Assembly: GCA_045559735.1 (NCBI GenBank)
Contig: JBJLJN010000014.1
Coordinates: 15,451-79,450 of the forward strand
Reading direction: 5' to 3'
Length of the DNA stretch: 64,000 nt
Source: Candidatus Thalassarchaeum sp.
Lineage (GTDB): Archaea > Thermoplasmatota > Poseidoniia > Poseidoniales > Thalassarchaeaceae
This document shows positions 1 to 10,187 of the stretch, in pieces. The notes below the pieces were generated by a model, which worked only from the letters and a program-made list of their open reading frames with translations, was not told the origin of the DNA and ran no database searches. The position numbers and the translations under genes were made by a program. The stretch's first letter is position 1. Every line of letters begins with the position of its first letter.

Positions 1-651
1 CTTGAGGAGCGAGGACACCTGTTCCATTCCCGAGGATCCTTCTCTCAAGGCTAGCACTCTAGATTCAGACGCTTCAAGGAGCTTGGAGAACTCTGAACGT
101 GCCTCGTGGTCATCGTCTTTGGCCAGAAGATCGGGGATCATTGTCAAACAGGAAGCGAATACAACCACTCCCCAAAGAACCAAGTCATCACTGAGTGAGA
201 CTAGGACGGTCATTGCAACAGCGAGGCCAGCTATGCTGGTCATTCCCCTCAATCTTCTTGTATCGACGCTGCTGCCCAACTGCGAATTGGTGAACCACCA
301 TAGATATCCTGCCACAAGCACCATCAAAGCTGCAGCAATTGCTTTGTCATCAGGGCCGTAGGTGATGCCCGCGAAGGCTAGGATGCTTGGCCAAGAGATG
401 TTGGAAGCAGTTGACAGCCTAGACCTCTCCTCTGGTCCGAAATAGACTAGGTCGTTGAGCAGTAGTGCGGATACGAACATAACAAGCACTGGCCCGAAGG
501 TCTGGATTGTCTCTGCTTCCCCAAACAGTCCTGGAGTCAGCCACCAACCACCGGCCAACACCAGAGTTAGTGTGCATGCCAGAGCCAGTCTCTCTACCCT
601 CAAGCTATGTGCTTGGACCGTCTTCTGAGGGTAGTCAGGAAGGAGGACCAT
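1..651 (-). CDS. Polytopic membrane protein, partial (ATG near 651, C-terminus beyond window start); begins MVLLPDYPQKTVQAHSLRVERLALACTLTLVLAGGWWL...
   Basis: Minus-strand frame has no TTA/CTA/TCA in-frame triplets on the + strand from 1 to 651. It is missing from the ORF track because its stop lies outside the window. Several hydrophobic helix-length segments. It starts about 50 nt downstream of the stop of the 701..4075 gene on the same strand. Confidence 0.45.
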   Translation of the reverse strand, partial: MVLLPDYPQKTVQAHSLRVERLALACTLTLVLAGGWWLTPGLFGEAETIQTFGPVLVMFVSALLLNDLVYFGPEERSRLSTASNISWPSILAFAGITYGPDDKAIAAALMVLVAGYLWWFTNSQLGSSVDTRRLRGMTSIAGLAVAMTVLVSLSDDLVLWGVVVFASCLTMIPDLLAKDDDHEARSEFSKLLEASESRVLALREGSSGMEQVSSLLK

Positions 652-700
652 GGGGTCCAACCAGAGTCATCTGTCAAGAGTTGTGCGGAAGGCTGTGTAA

Positions 701-3700
701 CTATGGCCTCAACGACTCAGGGCCCCAAGCACGACGGGCGAGCCACGCCAACAGCATCAGCAATACCAGTACTGTCATCACAACCTGCAAAGGCATCTGC
801 CAAGACGACTGGACCATGTAGTCGTGTTCAATCTCAAGGCTGCCATTGCTAGAAGCGCTTTCACTAATCCAATCTAGTCTGAGATCGAAATCACTGGAAC
901 TGAGTTCTAGATGCATCTCGATATCAAAAACCCCCGGTCCAGAAGTTTCTGCGGCTGTCACCATATAGTCATCCGAGCATATCTCTCCGGAGCACAGTAC
1001 CCCGTTGCCGGTGTCAGCACCCGTGTTCTCAAATGTCACCACGATATTGACAGTCTCTCCTTCAACCAAGTCGCCAATGACTACCACATCAAGTACAGAG
1101 ATGTAGACTCCAAGCATCGGAGATACCAATAGACCCCAAGTGATCTCCTCTTCATTTCCGACCGAATCCCATGCTACGACTTGCAAGATGTAGGTCCCGG
1201 CTTCGGATATCGGTAGCATCGTCTGTTCTGCTTGCATCCAATCAGCCTGCTCTACAATCACCTCGCCATCGATGCTAATCTCCCAAGTTGTGTCCTCAAT
1301 CGAGTCTAGATCATCGAATGACTGAGTCAGCGACAGCATGATGCTATCTCCGACACGTGCGGGAGATGAGGGAGATATGGGCGTCTCATTGGAGAAGATT
1401 TCCGGGATGATCGTAGGGCCAGTCGAATCGGTTACTCTGACTATCCAAGAATTTGTCACAGAGTTCCATGCGTCATCGGTGATTTCCAAGATTAACTCAT
1501 ACTCGCTAGGCTGCTTGGATTGATGTCGTTCACTGACATTCAGGTGCATGCCATTGACTTCCTGCGACTGGAAGAATCGATCCATGAACTCAAGATTGTC
1601 GACGCCTGCATGTCTCCAATTCTCTGATTTGTTCATGGAAACCACGATTCCAACTGGCAGTGAACTTGAATCTGATGCGGAGAAGTCGAAGTAGAACTCA
1701 CTTCCCGATGGCACCTCTAACACTGCTGTGCTGCTGTCCAGTACATGGGACTCGCCATCTATCACATTGGTGAAGGATACATCCCAAGTCGGCAAGTCTC
1801 CGTCAATCAGGATGTTTTCATACCAATTACTAGACAAAGAGGCGTGGTCCATGCAGTGCATTACGACGCTGGCGACTTCGCCGTGGGAGAAATTTAACTC
1901 AGAGGCAGTGAATTGCAAATCACTACTTTCGGAATGCAATACCATGGTGCCGTTATTGTGGACCGTCCACCACTGAGAAGTGTCATCCAAAGCGCTGTCC
2001 ACGCACTCACCCGAGTACTCAGTAGGATTGTCCAATGGTATCATCGAGTTCCCTGTCAATCTCGAGGCTATGTTAGTCGGATGCACGTTTTCTCCCAATG
2101 TGATGCGGATGTCTGAGGTCACTGAGGCCTGTTCGCGGTTTACGATGAAGTCGTTCGGGGTGCCTTCGATTATACTCTGCATGGCGCTGTATCTGAACTC
2201 CCAAGGACTCGGAAGAATCACGTTGAGGGGTATTTCCTCAATCACTCCGCCGACTCTGGGGATGTCAAGTATCCTGATTGAACGAGAATCGGTGTTCCCG
2301 GTTAGGACGGCTGCCTCTCCCCAACCCCAACTGCCGTTGACATCTACTGGGCCGATGTTTGGTGGAATGACTACGATTTCCATGCCACGACCGGATGGAA
2401 TCATCGCGGCGTAGTCGATTAGACAGCATCCAAGCAACTCAGAGTCAGTGAGATTACGGGCGTTCTCAACTAAGTCTGCAAATTGAGAGACCTCTGCAAT
2501 GCTGAGTTCACCGTCTGCATCCCCAAGATGATGATCTATCTGGACTCTTACTCCTAATTCCCTGTCAGGAAGCAGGTCTGTCCCGTAGTCGTCACTTACT
2601 GAGACATTGGCATGCCAGATAGCTGAAATTTCTGATGATTCGGTGAACGGTCCGATGATTTCAAAACTAGAATCTCCCATTATCGACTTATTCTGCAGTG
2701 GCAGCGGGTCTGGCCAAATCCACTCCTGATTCTCCGAATCCAATGCGGTGGTATTCGCGTAGTCCACAGCCATCATAGCCTGCGAGATGGTGTTCTCACG
2801 GTCGTACTTCCAGCTCCCATCTGGACGGGTGTTGGTGAACATCACAAAGACCACTGATTCACCTGAATCGGTAACTTCTCTCCTGAAGTTGGTCGATGAA
2901 CCCGAGAATGCCCCCCAATGGTGCCAGGTCTGTTCATCCTCACTCAGAACGTAAACTCCACCACCGTACCAAGGTTGAATCTGGTCGTAGGAATTCTCTG
3001 TGAAGAAGTCGAACGAGTCCTCGAAGATACCACTGTCGATTGAACCGTCGATATGAGAGATGAATCTAGCATAATCCGATGCTGTTGCGATCCAGCCGCC
3101 TCCGCCGTCCTTCTCCTCTATTACGAAGGCCCCGCAATCAGGTCCGGGCGCAGTAGGGAATATGGGGTCGCCGTCCTCATCTTGACCGGATGGGAAGTGG
3201 CACCATCCAGTATAGTCATCGAAATAGGAGACCTCGTGCTCAGCTCTTTGGTCAGGCATGGTCATCCCGATTGACATACTGTGAATGCCCATAGGAGTCA
3301 GGACATTATCGGTGATGTAGTCCTCGTATCCCATTCCTGTCTGGACCTCGATAATCTGACCGAGGATCTGGTAACCTACGTTCGAGTACTCATAATCCTG
3401 CCCGGGTTCGTATTCGAGTGGCCTCCTCAACCACTCAGAGAGGATCCTCTCCATCGGGATAGGAGCTAGGTTGCCGTTATCGAAGTCATCAATCAATGAC
3501 TGCTTGTCTATGCATGGGTCGTTCTGCCAAGACCCCACCCAGTTGTTCCAATGACGGTAGGTGGGGTCAATGCTGGGATTGAAACCGGCGCGGTGATTGA
3601 GTAGCATGGAGATGTTGATATCATCAATTGAGTATGATGTCGAGTGGTTAGGATAGTCGCATCCATCAAGTTCTGGTGGAAGTAAGTGCGGCGCTAGATT

Positions 3701-4075
3701 GACCATTCTGTCATCTAGCGAGATTGTGCCATTCTCGACTAGAGTGAGGATGCCTGCAGCGGTAATCGCTTTGGATAAGCTGGCTATCCTGAACTTCGAA
3801 TTTACCGTTACCGGAGAGGACCAGTAAGTGCCATTCTCATCGGTGCCGTTGGCTGCGATTCCGTAGCCCTTGTTGAAAACTAGTGAGCCGTTGTACATCA
3901 CTGCGACCTGAGCCCCCGGAATTTGCCAATCTGCCAATAGATCTGAGATGTCGGAATCAAAGTCCGAGAACAGGTCGTTCTGTATGTGTCCAGGTTCGTC
4001 TGCTGCAGAGGGGGTCGTCACGGTCGATAACAGCATCAGCAGAGCGAGGAAGAGTGCAAGAGGGCGCTGCGTCAT
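701..4075 (-). CDS. Giant (1124 aa) secreted beta-lactamase-fold serine hydrolase (PBP/esterase-like N-terminal domain) with about 700 aa acidic Ig/PKD-like extension and C-terminal TM anchor
   Basis: Signal peptide MTQRPLALFLALLMLLSTVTTPSAADEP. S-x-x-K motif in FRIASLSKAITAAG. Y-x-N motif YSNVGY. H-x-G in HWGAFSGS. DADGELSIAE Ca-loop-like motif. C-terminal hydrophobic stretch VVMTVLVLLMLLAWLARRAW. Confidence 0.6.
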   Translation of the reverse strand: MTQRPLALFLALLMLLSTVTTPSAADEPGHIQNDLFSDFDSDISDLLADWQIPGAQVAVMYNGSLVFNKGYGIAANGTDENGTYWSSPVTVNSKFRIASLSKAITAAGILTLVENGTISLDDRMVNLAPHLLPPELDGCDYPNHSTSYSIDDINISMLLNHRAGFNPSIDPTYRHWNNWVGSWQNDPCIDKQSLIDDFDNGNLAPIPMERILSEWLRRPLEYEPGQDYEYSNVGYQILGQIIEVQTGMGYEDYITDNVLTPMGIHSMSIGMTMPDQRAEHEVSYFDDYTGWCHFPSGQDEDGDPIFPTAPGPDCGAFVIEEKDGGGGWIATASDYARFISHIDGSIDSGIFEDSFDFFTENSYDQIQPWYGGGVYVLSEDEQTWHHWGAFSGSSTNFRREVTDSGESVVFVMFTNTRPDGSWKYDRENTISQAMMAVDYANTTALDSENQEWIWPDPLPLQNKSIMGDSSFEIIGPFTESSEISAIWHANVSVSDDYGTDLLPDRELGVRVQIDHHLGDADGELSIAEVSQFADLVENARNLTDSELLGCCLIDYAAMIPSGRGMEIVVIPPNIGPVDVNGSWGWGEAAVLTGNTDSRSIRILDIPRVGGVIEEIPLNVILPSPWEFRYSAMQSIIEGTPNDFIVNREQASVTSDIRITLGENVHPTNIASRLTGNSMIPLDNPTEYSGECVDSALDDTSQWWTVHNNGTMVLHSESSDLQFTASELNFSHGEVASVVMHCMDHASLSSNWYENILIDGDLPTWDVSFTNVIDGESHVLDSSTAVLEVPSGSEFYFDFSASDSSSLPVGIVVSMNKSENWRHAGVDNLEFMDRFFQSQEVNGMHLNVSERHQSKQPSEYELILEITDDAWNSVTNSWIVRVTDSTGPTIIPEIFSNETPISPSSPARVGDSIMLSLTQSFDDLDSIEDTTWEISIDGEVIVEQADWMQAEQTMLPISEAGTYILQVVAWDSVGNEEEITWGLLVSPMLGVYISVLDVVVIGDLVEGETVNIVVTFENTGADTGNGVLCSGEICSDDYMVTAAETSGPGVFDIEMHLELSSSDFDLRLDWISESASSNGSLEIEHDYMVQSSWQMPLQVVMTVLVLLMLLAWLARRAWGPESLRP

Positions 4076-4082
4076 GTTCTCA

Positions 4083-5087
4083 CTACCTGTTGTGGATTAT
4101 CTCCGAGCCAGTCCAATCGACATTCAGCGGAATAAGGCCATGAGACTCGCCCAGAGAGGAGAGGTCCTTGCGCAGGCCAGAGGCCCCATGAACCAGGAAG
4201 AAACCTCCTCCTCCTGCCCCCAATAGTTTGGCTCCGGAGGCTCCCATAGCCATGATTCGCTTATGCAGAGTGTCCAGTTCATCTCCACTGACGCTCGCAG
4301 AAATTCCTCTCTTGATATTCCATGCCTCGCCTATCAATGAGCCCAGACCAGAGATGTCTCCTTTTGCGAGAAGGTCGTGAGCCTGATCAGCTTGTCCTCG
4401 AATAGTTCGCAGGCGGGCCAACTTGTCAGACTCGTCTTCGGGGACCTCGCCGAGGACCTCGGAGGCGCTTCTGGACATCCCAGTGAAAACAAGCGTGAAT
4501 TCCTCGGACAAGCGCCCTATGGCCTCATCAGACGCCTCTATACTGTCTACTGACACTCCGCTCGAGTCAAAACAAATCGAGTTGATCCCCCCGAAGGCGG
4601 CCGCATACTGGTCCTGCCTGCCGATAGGCTGGCCCAGTATGTCAATCTCAATCTCGCACGCTTCACTTGCAAGTTGTTCAGCGCTTGTCTCGCGGCCCGC
4701 ATACGCGTGCAATGCGTTAAGCAGACCCACGGTAACAGATGACGACGAGCCCAAGCCTGTCCCTCTGGATGGTATGTCAGCAATGGTGGTAATCTCGACG
4801 CCCGACGTGACTCCGGTCATCCTCATCGCCTCTCTGGCGAGCTCGTGCTCAAGGTCCTCGAAGTCATCTACAATCTCCATCTTTGAGTAGGACAGTCTAA
4901 CCCTATCATCGAATCGGGGGTTGACCGTGACGTGGATGTGCCTGTCAAGTGCGAGAGAGACAACTCTGCCCCCCTTAGGCTCTGACATGGAGAACGAGTC
5001 AATGTCGGTTCCGCCGCCGCAGAACGAGACTCGGACCGGTGTCCGGCTGATTATCATCAGTCGCGCGGGATTATTACCCCACATCAA
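4083..5087 (-). CDS. GHMP-family sugar kinase (HddA/fucokinase-like, COG2605-type)
   Basis: N-terminal ISRTPVRVSFCGGGTD motif. GHMP ATP-binding loop PSRGTGLGSSSSVTVG. C-terminal GAGGGGF. Confidence 0.6.
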   Translation of the reverse strand: MMWGNNPARLMIISRTPVRVSFCGGGTDIDSFSMSEPKGGRVVSLALDRHIHVTVNPRFDDRVRLSYSKMEIVDDFEDLEHELAREAMRMTGVTSGVEITTIADIPSRGTGLGSSSSVTVGLLNALHAYAGRETSAEQLASEACEIEIDILGQPIGRQDQYAAAFGGINSICFDSSGVSVDSIEASDEAIGRLSEEFTLVFTGMSRSASEVLGEVPEDESDKLARLRTIRGQADQAHDLLAKGDISGLGSLIGEAWNIKRGISASVSGDELDTLHKRIMAMGASGAKLLGAGGGGFFLVHGASGLRKDLSSLGESHGLIPLNVDWTGSEIIHNR

Positions 5088-5171
5088 GCCGACGGTATCC
5101 TGTCAATGGCTCCGGGAGGTCCACAGTAAGACACATAACCGGCACTCTCCCGGCTTCGCTGAGGAGAAGCG

Positions 5172-6101
5172 ATGGGCGACCTCATCACGATGGATGATCT
5201 GAGCAACAAGGAGATTGAGAATCTCCTCGACAACGCCGAGCGTCTCCTTCCCGTCGCCAAAGGCGATGTTCACCTGCCTCTGCTTGAGGGCAGGGTACTC
5301 GCGAACATGTTCTTTGAGAACTCGACCAGAACCCGGATGTCCTTCGAGACAGCAATGAAAAGACTCGGTGGATCTGTCCTCAACTTCAGCACCACCGGAT
5401 CGTCGGTGGCTAAGGGCGAGACGCTTTACGACACCATGCAGATGATCGATGGTTATGCCGACGTGGCAGTAATCAGACATCCAAGGCAAGGTGCGGCGCA
5501 GTACAGCGCCGATGCCATAGATATCCCCGTCCTAAACGCAGGAGATGGAGCGGGCAACCACCCGACTCAGACACTTCTCGATCTGTTCACAATCAGGGAG
5601 GCTCATGGAAAACTCAAGGGACTCAACGTGGTGATAGTAGGAGATTTACGATACGGAAGGACCGCTCACAGCCTCTCACATGCCCTAATCCGCTTCGGAG
5701 CGACACTTACCCTAGTATCTCCCAAATCGCTGATGATGCCAGCAGAAATCGTATCCGATCTGAAGGAGCATGGAGCCGGAGTCACTGAGACTTCCGACTT
5801 CTCTGCGACTATTGCTGAGGCGGATGTAATCTACATGACTCGTATCCAAAAGGAAAGATTCCCGGACGAGGACGAGTACACCAAGGTCGCTGGAATCTAC
5901 ATGCTAAGCGCAGGCGACCTTTCTGGAGTCAAGAAAGAGATGATTGTAATGCATCCTCTACCGAGAGTTGAGGAGATTCACCCCAGCGTCGACTCGACAA
6001 TGCATGCGAGATATTTCCAGCAGGCTTTCAACGGAGTTGTGGCGAGGATGGCCCTGCTTTGTGAGTGTCTTGGCGTCAAGATACCAAAGAAGGTGAAGTA
6101 A
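5172..6101 (+). CDS. pyrB: Aspartate carbamoyltransferase catalytic subunit
   Basis: STRTR carbamoyl-phosphate motif, HPTQ and HPLP motifs, length 309 aa. Stop overlaps pyrI start (TAATG). Confidence 0.95.
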   Translation: MGDLITMDDLSNKEIENLLDNAERLLPVAKGDVHLPLLEGRVLANMFFENSTRTRMSFETAMKRLGGSVLNFSTTGSSVAKGETLYDTMQMIDGYADVAVIRHPRQGAAQYSADAIDIPVLNAGDGAGNHPTQTLLDLFTIREAHGKLKGLNVVIVGDLRYGRTAHSLSHALIRFGATLTLVSPKSLMMPAEIVSDLKEHGAGVTETSDFSATIAEADVIYMTRIQKERFPDEDEYTKVAGIYMLSAGDLSGVKKEMIVMHPLPRVEEIHPSVDSTMHARYFQQAFNGVVARMALLCECLGVKIPKKVK

Positions 6102-6568
6102 TGAGCGAGATGAGGCGTGTCACAGCGATTTGCAACGGTACTGTGGTCGACCACATTCCTTCTGGACGAGCTATCCAGGTGCTGAAGATGCTCAGGCTGG
6201 ACATCGGGCGCTCAAACCCGATTTCTCTGGTAATGAATGTGCCCAGCGCCAAGCTCGGTCGCAAGGACGTGCTCAAGATTGAGGACCGCGAGCTTAACCA
6301 AGAGGAGTTGGATCGTTTGGCACTGCTCGCTCCCGCAGCAAGTGTGGCCATCATCAGGAACTACAGTGTCGCTGAGAAGCTCAAGGCCGAACTCGGGGAC
6401 GAGTTGGTCAACATAGCCCGCTGCTCGTTCTGGAACTGCATCACACAGAATTCCAGAGAGCCTCTGCCACAGAAACTGCGAGTGGTCAATGTCGAGCCGC
6501 TCGAGATTCGCTGCTCATACTGCGGGCGCGGGCAAGACATGGACGAGGTCGTCGATAACATCCTCTGA
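6101..6568 (+). CDS. pyrI: Aspartate carbamoyltransferase regulatory subunit
   Basis: MSEMRRVTAICNGTVVDHIPSGRAIQVLKML N-terminus. C-terminal Cys4 zinc domain (CSFWNC...CSYCG). The track ORF 6065..6568 is extended upstream; ATG at 6101 overlaps the pyrB stop. Confidence 0.9.
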   Translation: MSEMRRVTAICNGTVVDHIPSGRAIQVLKMLRLDIGRSNPISLVMNVPSAKLGRKDVLKIEDRELNQEELDRLALLAPAASVAIIRNYSVAEKLKAELGDELVNIARCSFWNCITQNSREPLPQKLRVVNVEPLEIRCSYCGRGQDMDEVVDNIL

Positions 6569-6620
6569 ATAGAAGCCTCAATCGTCGTCAGATTGGCTCC
6601 TCCACTCTCTGGTGGCCTGG

Positions 6621-7199
6621 TTACGTCGAATTTTGCGTGTTTCCACTAACCAAAGCGACTTGTGAAGAAGGATTGTTGTTGTCCTTCAGAGCGAAAGCGA
6701 AGATTACTCCTACACCTAGAAGCAGCAGTGAGAGGCAAACCCCCATGCAGCCGAGACCAAATGACCAGAAACCCTGCACATCGATGGATATCTCTCGAAT
6801 CATGACATCGCTGTCTCCGGTGACGTCTCCGGAGAACCGAACTTTCCAAGTGTCCGAGTAGGACACGTATACGTCGCCGACGTATGTGTACCCTGGCTCG
6901 TAGAAGGATTCGCATGAGTAGTCTTCCTCGCAAGGCACGAAGCGACTGTTCACATCACCATTCAGCAGTTCCACATCCACGGATCTATACTCTTGGACGA
7001 AAACCGGATACATGGAAGTCGGATGCATCTCTCCCTCAAAAGTAGCTGGCGTTTTCCCCGTCCACAGATCGGTCCCGCCCGCATCGAATCCTTCGTCCAT
7101 GTTTTCCATAAATGACCTCAATCCACCAGAGGTGGCAATTGCGCTGACAATCAACAACACGAATCCAGCGCCGAGAGTGATTTTAGTGACCTTATGCAT
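6621..7199 (-). CDS. Hypothetical bitopic membrane protein (N- and C-terminal TM helices, acidic extracytoplasmic domain)
   Basis: N-terminal TM ITLGAGFVLLIVSAIA. C-terminal TM GVCLSLLLLGVGVIFAFAL. No recognisable catalytic motif. Confidence 0.35.
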   Translation of the reverse strand: MHKVTKITLGAGFVLLIVSAIATSGGLRSFMENMDEGFDAGGTDLWTGKTPATFEGEMHPTSMYPVFVQEYRSVDVELLNGDVNSRFVPCEEDYSCESFYEPGYTYVGDVYVSYSDTWKVRFSGDVTGDSDVMIREISIDVQGFWSFGLGCMGVCLSLLLLGVGVIFAFALKDNNNPSSQVALVSGNTQNST

Positions 7200-7254
7200 A
7201 GCCTTGGCTGAATCGAATAGAGCATGAATGTTTTCACGACATCAAAGACCGGAT

Positions 7255-7614
7255 TCATATCCAGACGTCATTCGAGGCAGTGAAATTGCCTTCGGTGTTC
7301 CCTGTATTGACTACTCCGCAAGGCTCGATAATCATCACCTTACACTCGTCTTCGGCATACGGCTTGTGCTCTACTCCCTTCGGAACAACATACATCTCGC
7401 CCTCACTCAACTCGACGGTCTTGTCCTTGAACTCGATACTCATCTCGCCCTCGATGACGATGAATGTCTCATCGGTGTCAGTGTGATTGTGCCAGACGAA
7501 ATCACCCTTAATCTTGACCAGCTTGAACTGGTAGTCGTTCATCTCAGCGATTACCTTGGGTGACCAGTGGTCAGAGAACTTTGAGAGTTTGTCTCTCAGG
7601 TTGATCTTGCTCAT
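7255..7614 (-). CDS. Cupin-domain protein
   Basis: 119 aa with cupin_2 pattern: GDFVWHNHTDTDETFIVIEGEM ... YVVPKGVEHKP. Confidence 0.65.
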   Translation of the reverse strand: MSKINLRDKLSKFSDHWSPKVIAEMNDYQFKLVKIKGDFVWHNHTDTDETFIVIEGEMSIEFKDKTVELSEGEMYVVPKGVEHKPYAEDECKVMIIEPCGVVNTGNTEGNFTASNDVWI

Positions 7615-7628
7615 CTTCCCTCACACTC

Positions 7629-8714
7629 TCAAGTAGTCTCGGCCAACCATCTCTTCATCGTACAGGCCTGACAGACCTCTCTGCTTGTGACCTCGCCGCA
7701 CTCTGAGCAATTTCGAACCTCTGATTTTGGGTCACGCTCTGTCTCACGATGAAGCCTTCGAATCTCGTCGAGTGAATGTAGTAGTCCATGCCTTGCACCG
7801 GGAGTCATCGACTCCATCTGTGCTACTATGCCTCTGCTCTGCTGGCGCATCGCACCGGCGGCGTGCGGGCAGTCACCGTGGTGGATGGGCAGACCTTGGC
7901 AGATTGCGTGCGCGTGGATCTCCTGCTCAGGAATCCACCGCAGTGGGACGATTCTGGGGGCGATGCCTGCGATTGGATTGTCAGTATGAGGGGCGAGTCT
8001 GATTGAGCGTTCGACCTCACCCTTCTGGAAATTCATCAGGATTGATTGAGCCATATCATCGAGGTTGTGACCCAAAGCCATTACATCGGCATTCACCTTC
8101 TGGGCGAGTGTATTCAGGCCCTGACGGCGGAACACTCCGCAGAATGAGCAGGGCATCATCCCCTTAGCCTCGTCATGGTTCTCACTCATCGCTGGAATCC
8201 GAGTCACTACCTCGTCCATTCTCTCGTATCCAATCTCCTCATAACTGAGCGTCTCGAACCTTACTCCAAGTTGCTCTGTGAGATTTCTCGCGCACTCCAA
8301 TGAAGGTGCCCTGTAGCCATCTATGCCCTCGTCTACGCAGCCAGCTATCAACTCGACATCACGTCGGCGTGATAGGATGTTGTGCATCATCGACAGAAGC
8401 ACTGCTGAGTCCTTTCCTCCCGATACAGCCACCAGTATGCGAAATGGTGAGTCGTCCTCATGCCTCGCATCCTTGGGCAGAATGAGCTGCTGCCTGAGTT
8501 CCTTGGACATCCTCTTCCTGATGGATGAAGCGAGATGTTTGCCGCACAGATGCTGGCCGCTGTACTCCTGATGCACCACCGATGCGTAGTCGCAACGACT
8601 GCAGGGCTCCACGGAGATTGCGGCTGGCATGCTGTTCGCTATACGCAATCGAGTTTCAATCCACCCATCAGAGGAATCTTTCCGTTCCGGTGGATTGATG
8701 GCCCGAATGTTCAT
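7629..8714 (-). CDS. tRNA 2-thiolation PP-loop ATPase (TtuA/NcsA/Ncs6 family)
   Basis: PP-loop SGGKDS. N-terminal CxxC...CGKH and C-terminal CSECG...CQAC zinc fingers. The start may be an internal Met (MPAAISVEPCSRC). Confidence 0.7.
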   Translation of the reverse strand: MNIRAINPPERKDSSDGWIETRLRIANSMPAAISVEPCSRCDYASVVHQEYSGQHLCGKHLASSIRKRMSKELRQQLILPKDARHEDDSPFRILVAVSGGKDSAVLLSMMHNILSRRRDVELIAGCVDEGIDGYRAPSLECARNLTEQLGVRFETLSYEEIGYERMDEVVTRIPAMSENHDEAKGMMPCSFCGVFRRQGLNTLAQKVNADVMALGHNLDDMAQSILMNFQKGEVERSIRLAPHTDNPIAGIAPRIVPLRWIPEQEIHAHAICQGLPIHHGDCPHAAGAMRQQSRGIVAQMESMTPGARHGLLHSLDEIRRLHRETERDPKSEVRNCSECGEVTSREVCQACTMKRWLAETT

Positions 8715-8947
8715 GCTACACGCATGGAAGACGGTTTGCCTCTGCCGGGTCGGCCCGTGGAGATGGCGCCGCAGAATTCCTCGCTGCTTGAGCGCGTCTG
8801 CTTCGTTGTATCAGCAGTAGGGGTCTATTCCTACTTCGATTTGCTCGACTTCCTGCCCTTCCCTGCCGCGTTGGTGGTTGCGATACTGGCGGTGCCAGTG
8901 CTTGCCGAGGTGATGGTGAGAATTGCCGCAAAACTGGGGCTGTTCCC

Positions 8948-10177
8948 CTAGTCGCTGCGCAGTCTGCTCATGCCTGTCTCGAGTATCCCAGTCAGGCGCT
9001 GCCACGGAAGAACGAAGCGCATACCAGCGACCACGAGCAAAAATAGACCCGCCGAGATTACCTTGCCGTAGGTCAGTTGCAGCTCCAGTGATTCACGAAC
9101 CTGCCCAGACCACTGTGAACCCTCTAGAAGCCCTACCAATGAGATTAGGAAGTCATCGAACTCCAAGGCGATAGCCGTAGTTAGCATGACTACCCCTGTG
9201 ATGAGAGTCATGTGGACTAGGTGTGAGTTAACCACGTTGTTGAATTGGCTGACATATTCGGGGTTCCTCTTGGCATCCTCAGGCAACAGTGCAGCGTACT
9301 CGAGGTGACTAATCACTGCGAGTCCTGCCTCCATGAAGACAATGATGAGTATGGCAATTGAAATCAGAGTCAGCGAGAGTGGTGAGAAAAGCCCGCCGTA
9401 TAGCGTCGCGTCTCCAATCTGTGCTGGCAGGGGTTGGAGCCCGACGTCAACGGCATCAGTGATGCCTTCAAAGGTCAGCAGCGCATGTATGCCGACCACC
9501 ATCAGGAAGTATCCGACAGCCCAAGTAATCATCCGCTTGGATAGGCCCCAGATTCCCATCAGGCCAGCCAAAATTGGGGCGAAAACGATTCCGAGGAAGA
9601 ATAATTCGAATATGAACATGAAGGGGTCCCAAAGCTTGTCGATATGGTTCAGATTGGGGTTCTCGTTTCCGAGTGGCAGATGCGGCCCGGCTACCACTAT
9701 CTGATAGATCCATGACAGCAAGAAGGGCAGCGCCATCCAGGCAAAGAAGCCCCACGAGACCAGTCTGTTAGCCCAGGTCTGGATCCTCTCCGGCTGATTG
9801 AGGATGGATACCCAAACGGCGGTGATAGCCACGCAGAACAGCACCGGTGCTACGAAGGTGGCATCTCCCGACAGCTCATTTCCCGACATGTCAACTAGTC
9901 CATGGATGAAGTCAGGCAGAATCAAATCCACGGTGTCTGAATCACTCCAGTATCTGACTCCCCTAGTGTGCTCATAGGCAGGGCACCAATATGTGGAGTC
10001 GATCCCTCCAGACTCCTCGATGAAATCATCTGTGCACAAGCCGAAGACAGAGTTCATCCTCCTCATTACCATCAACAGGGAAGCCGTAGAGATTAGCTGC
10101 AGAACGAGTATCTGCCAGCGCCTGCGCAGCTTGGGTATGTGCAGGGTCTTGGACTCGGGTACTGATTCCATAGCCAT
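8948..10177 (-). CDS. Hypothetical polytopic membrane protein (at least 8 predicted TM helices)
   Basis: Long hydrophobic segments throughout. Last gene of the PRC/DUF58 cluster. No recognisable family motif. Confidence 0.4.
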   Translation of the reverse strand: MAMESVPESKTLHIPKLRRRWQILVLQLISTASLLMVMRRMNSVFGLCTDDFIEESGGIDSTYWCPAYEHTRGVRYWSDSDTVDLILPDFIHGLVDMSGNELSGDATFVAPVLFCVAITAVWVSILNQPERIQTWANRLVSWGFFAWMALPFLLSWIYQIVVAGPHLPLGNENPNLNHIDKLWDPFMFIFELFFLGIVFAPILAGLMGIWGLSKRMITWAVGYFLMVVGIHALLTFEGITDAVDVGLQPLPAQIGDATLYGGLFSPLSLTLISIAILIIVFMEAGLAVISHLEYAALLPEDAKRNPEYVSQFNNVVNSHLVHMTLITGVVMLTTAIALEFDDFLISLVGLLEGSQWSGQVRESLELQLTYGKVISAGLFLLVVAGMRFVLPWQRLTGILETGMSRLRSD

Positions 10178-10187
10178 TCATTCACCC

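Noticed and set aside
2-852. Plus-strand ORFs 2..361, 507..821 and 607..852
   Set aside because: They are antisense to the stop-free minus-strand membrane-protein frame (1..651) and to the 3' end of the 1124-aa gene. Their Ser/Pro/Arg-rich, low-complexity translations are typical of antisense frames in GC-rich DNA.
8715-8947. 233-nt gap upstream of the TtuA/NcsA gene, checked for a tRNA or small RNA
   Set aside because: No GGTTCGAATCC-like T-loop and no cloverleaf-compatible acceptor/D-stem pairs were found. The Arg-rich ORFs here (8716..8931 -, 8535..8951 +) look like GC-driven noise. This is most likely promoter/UTR.
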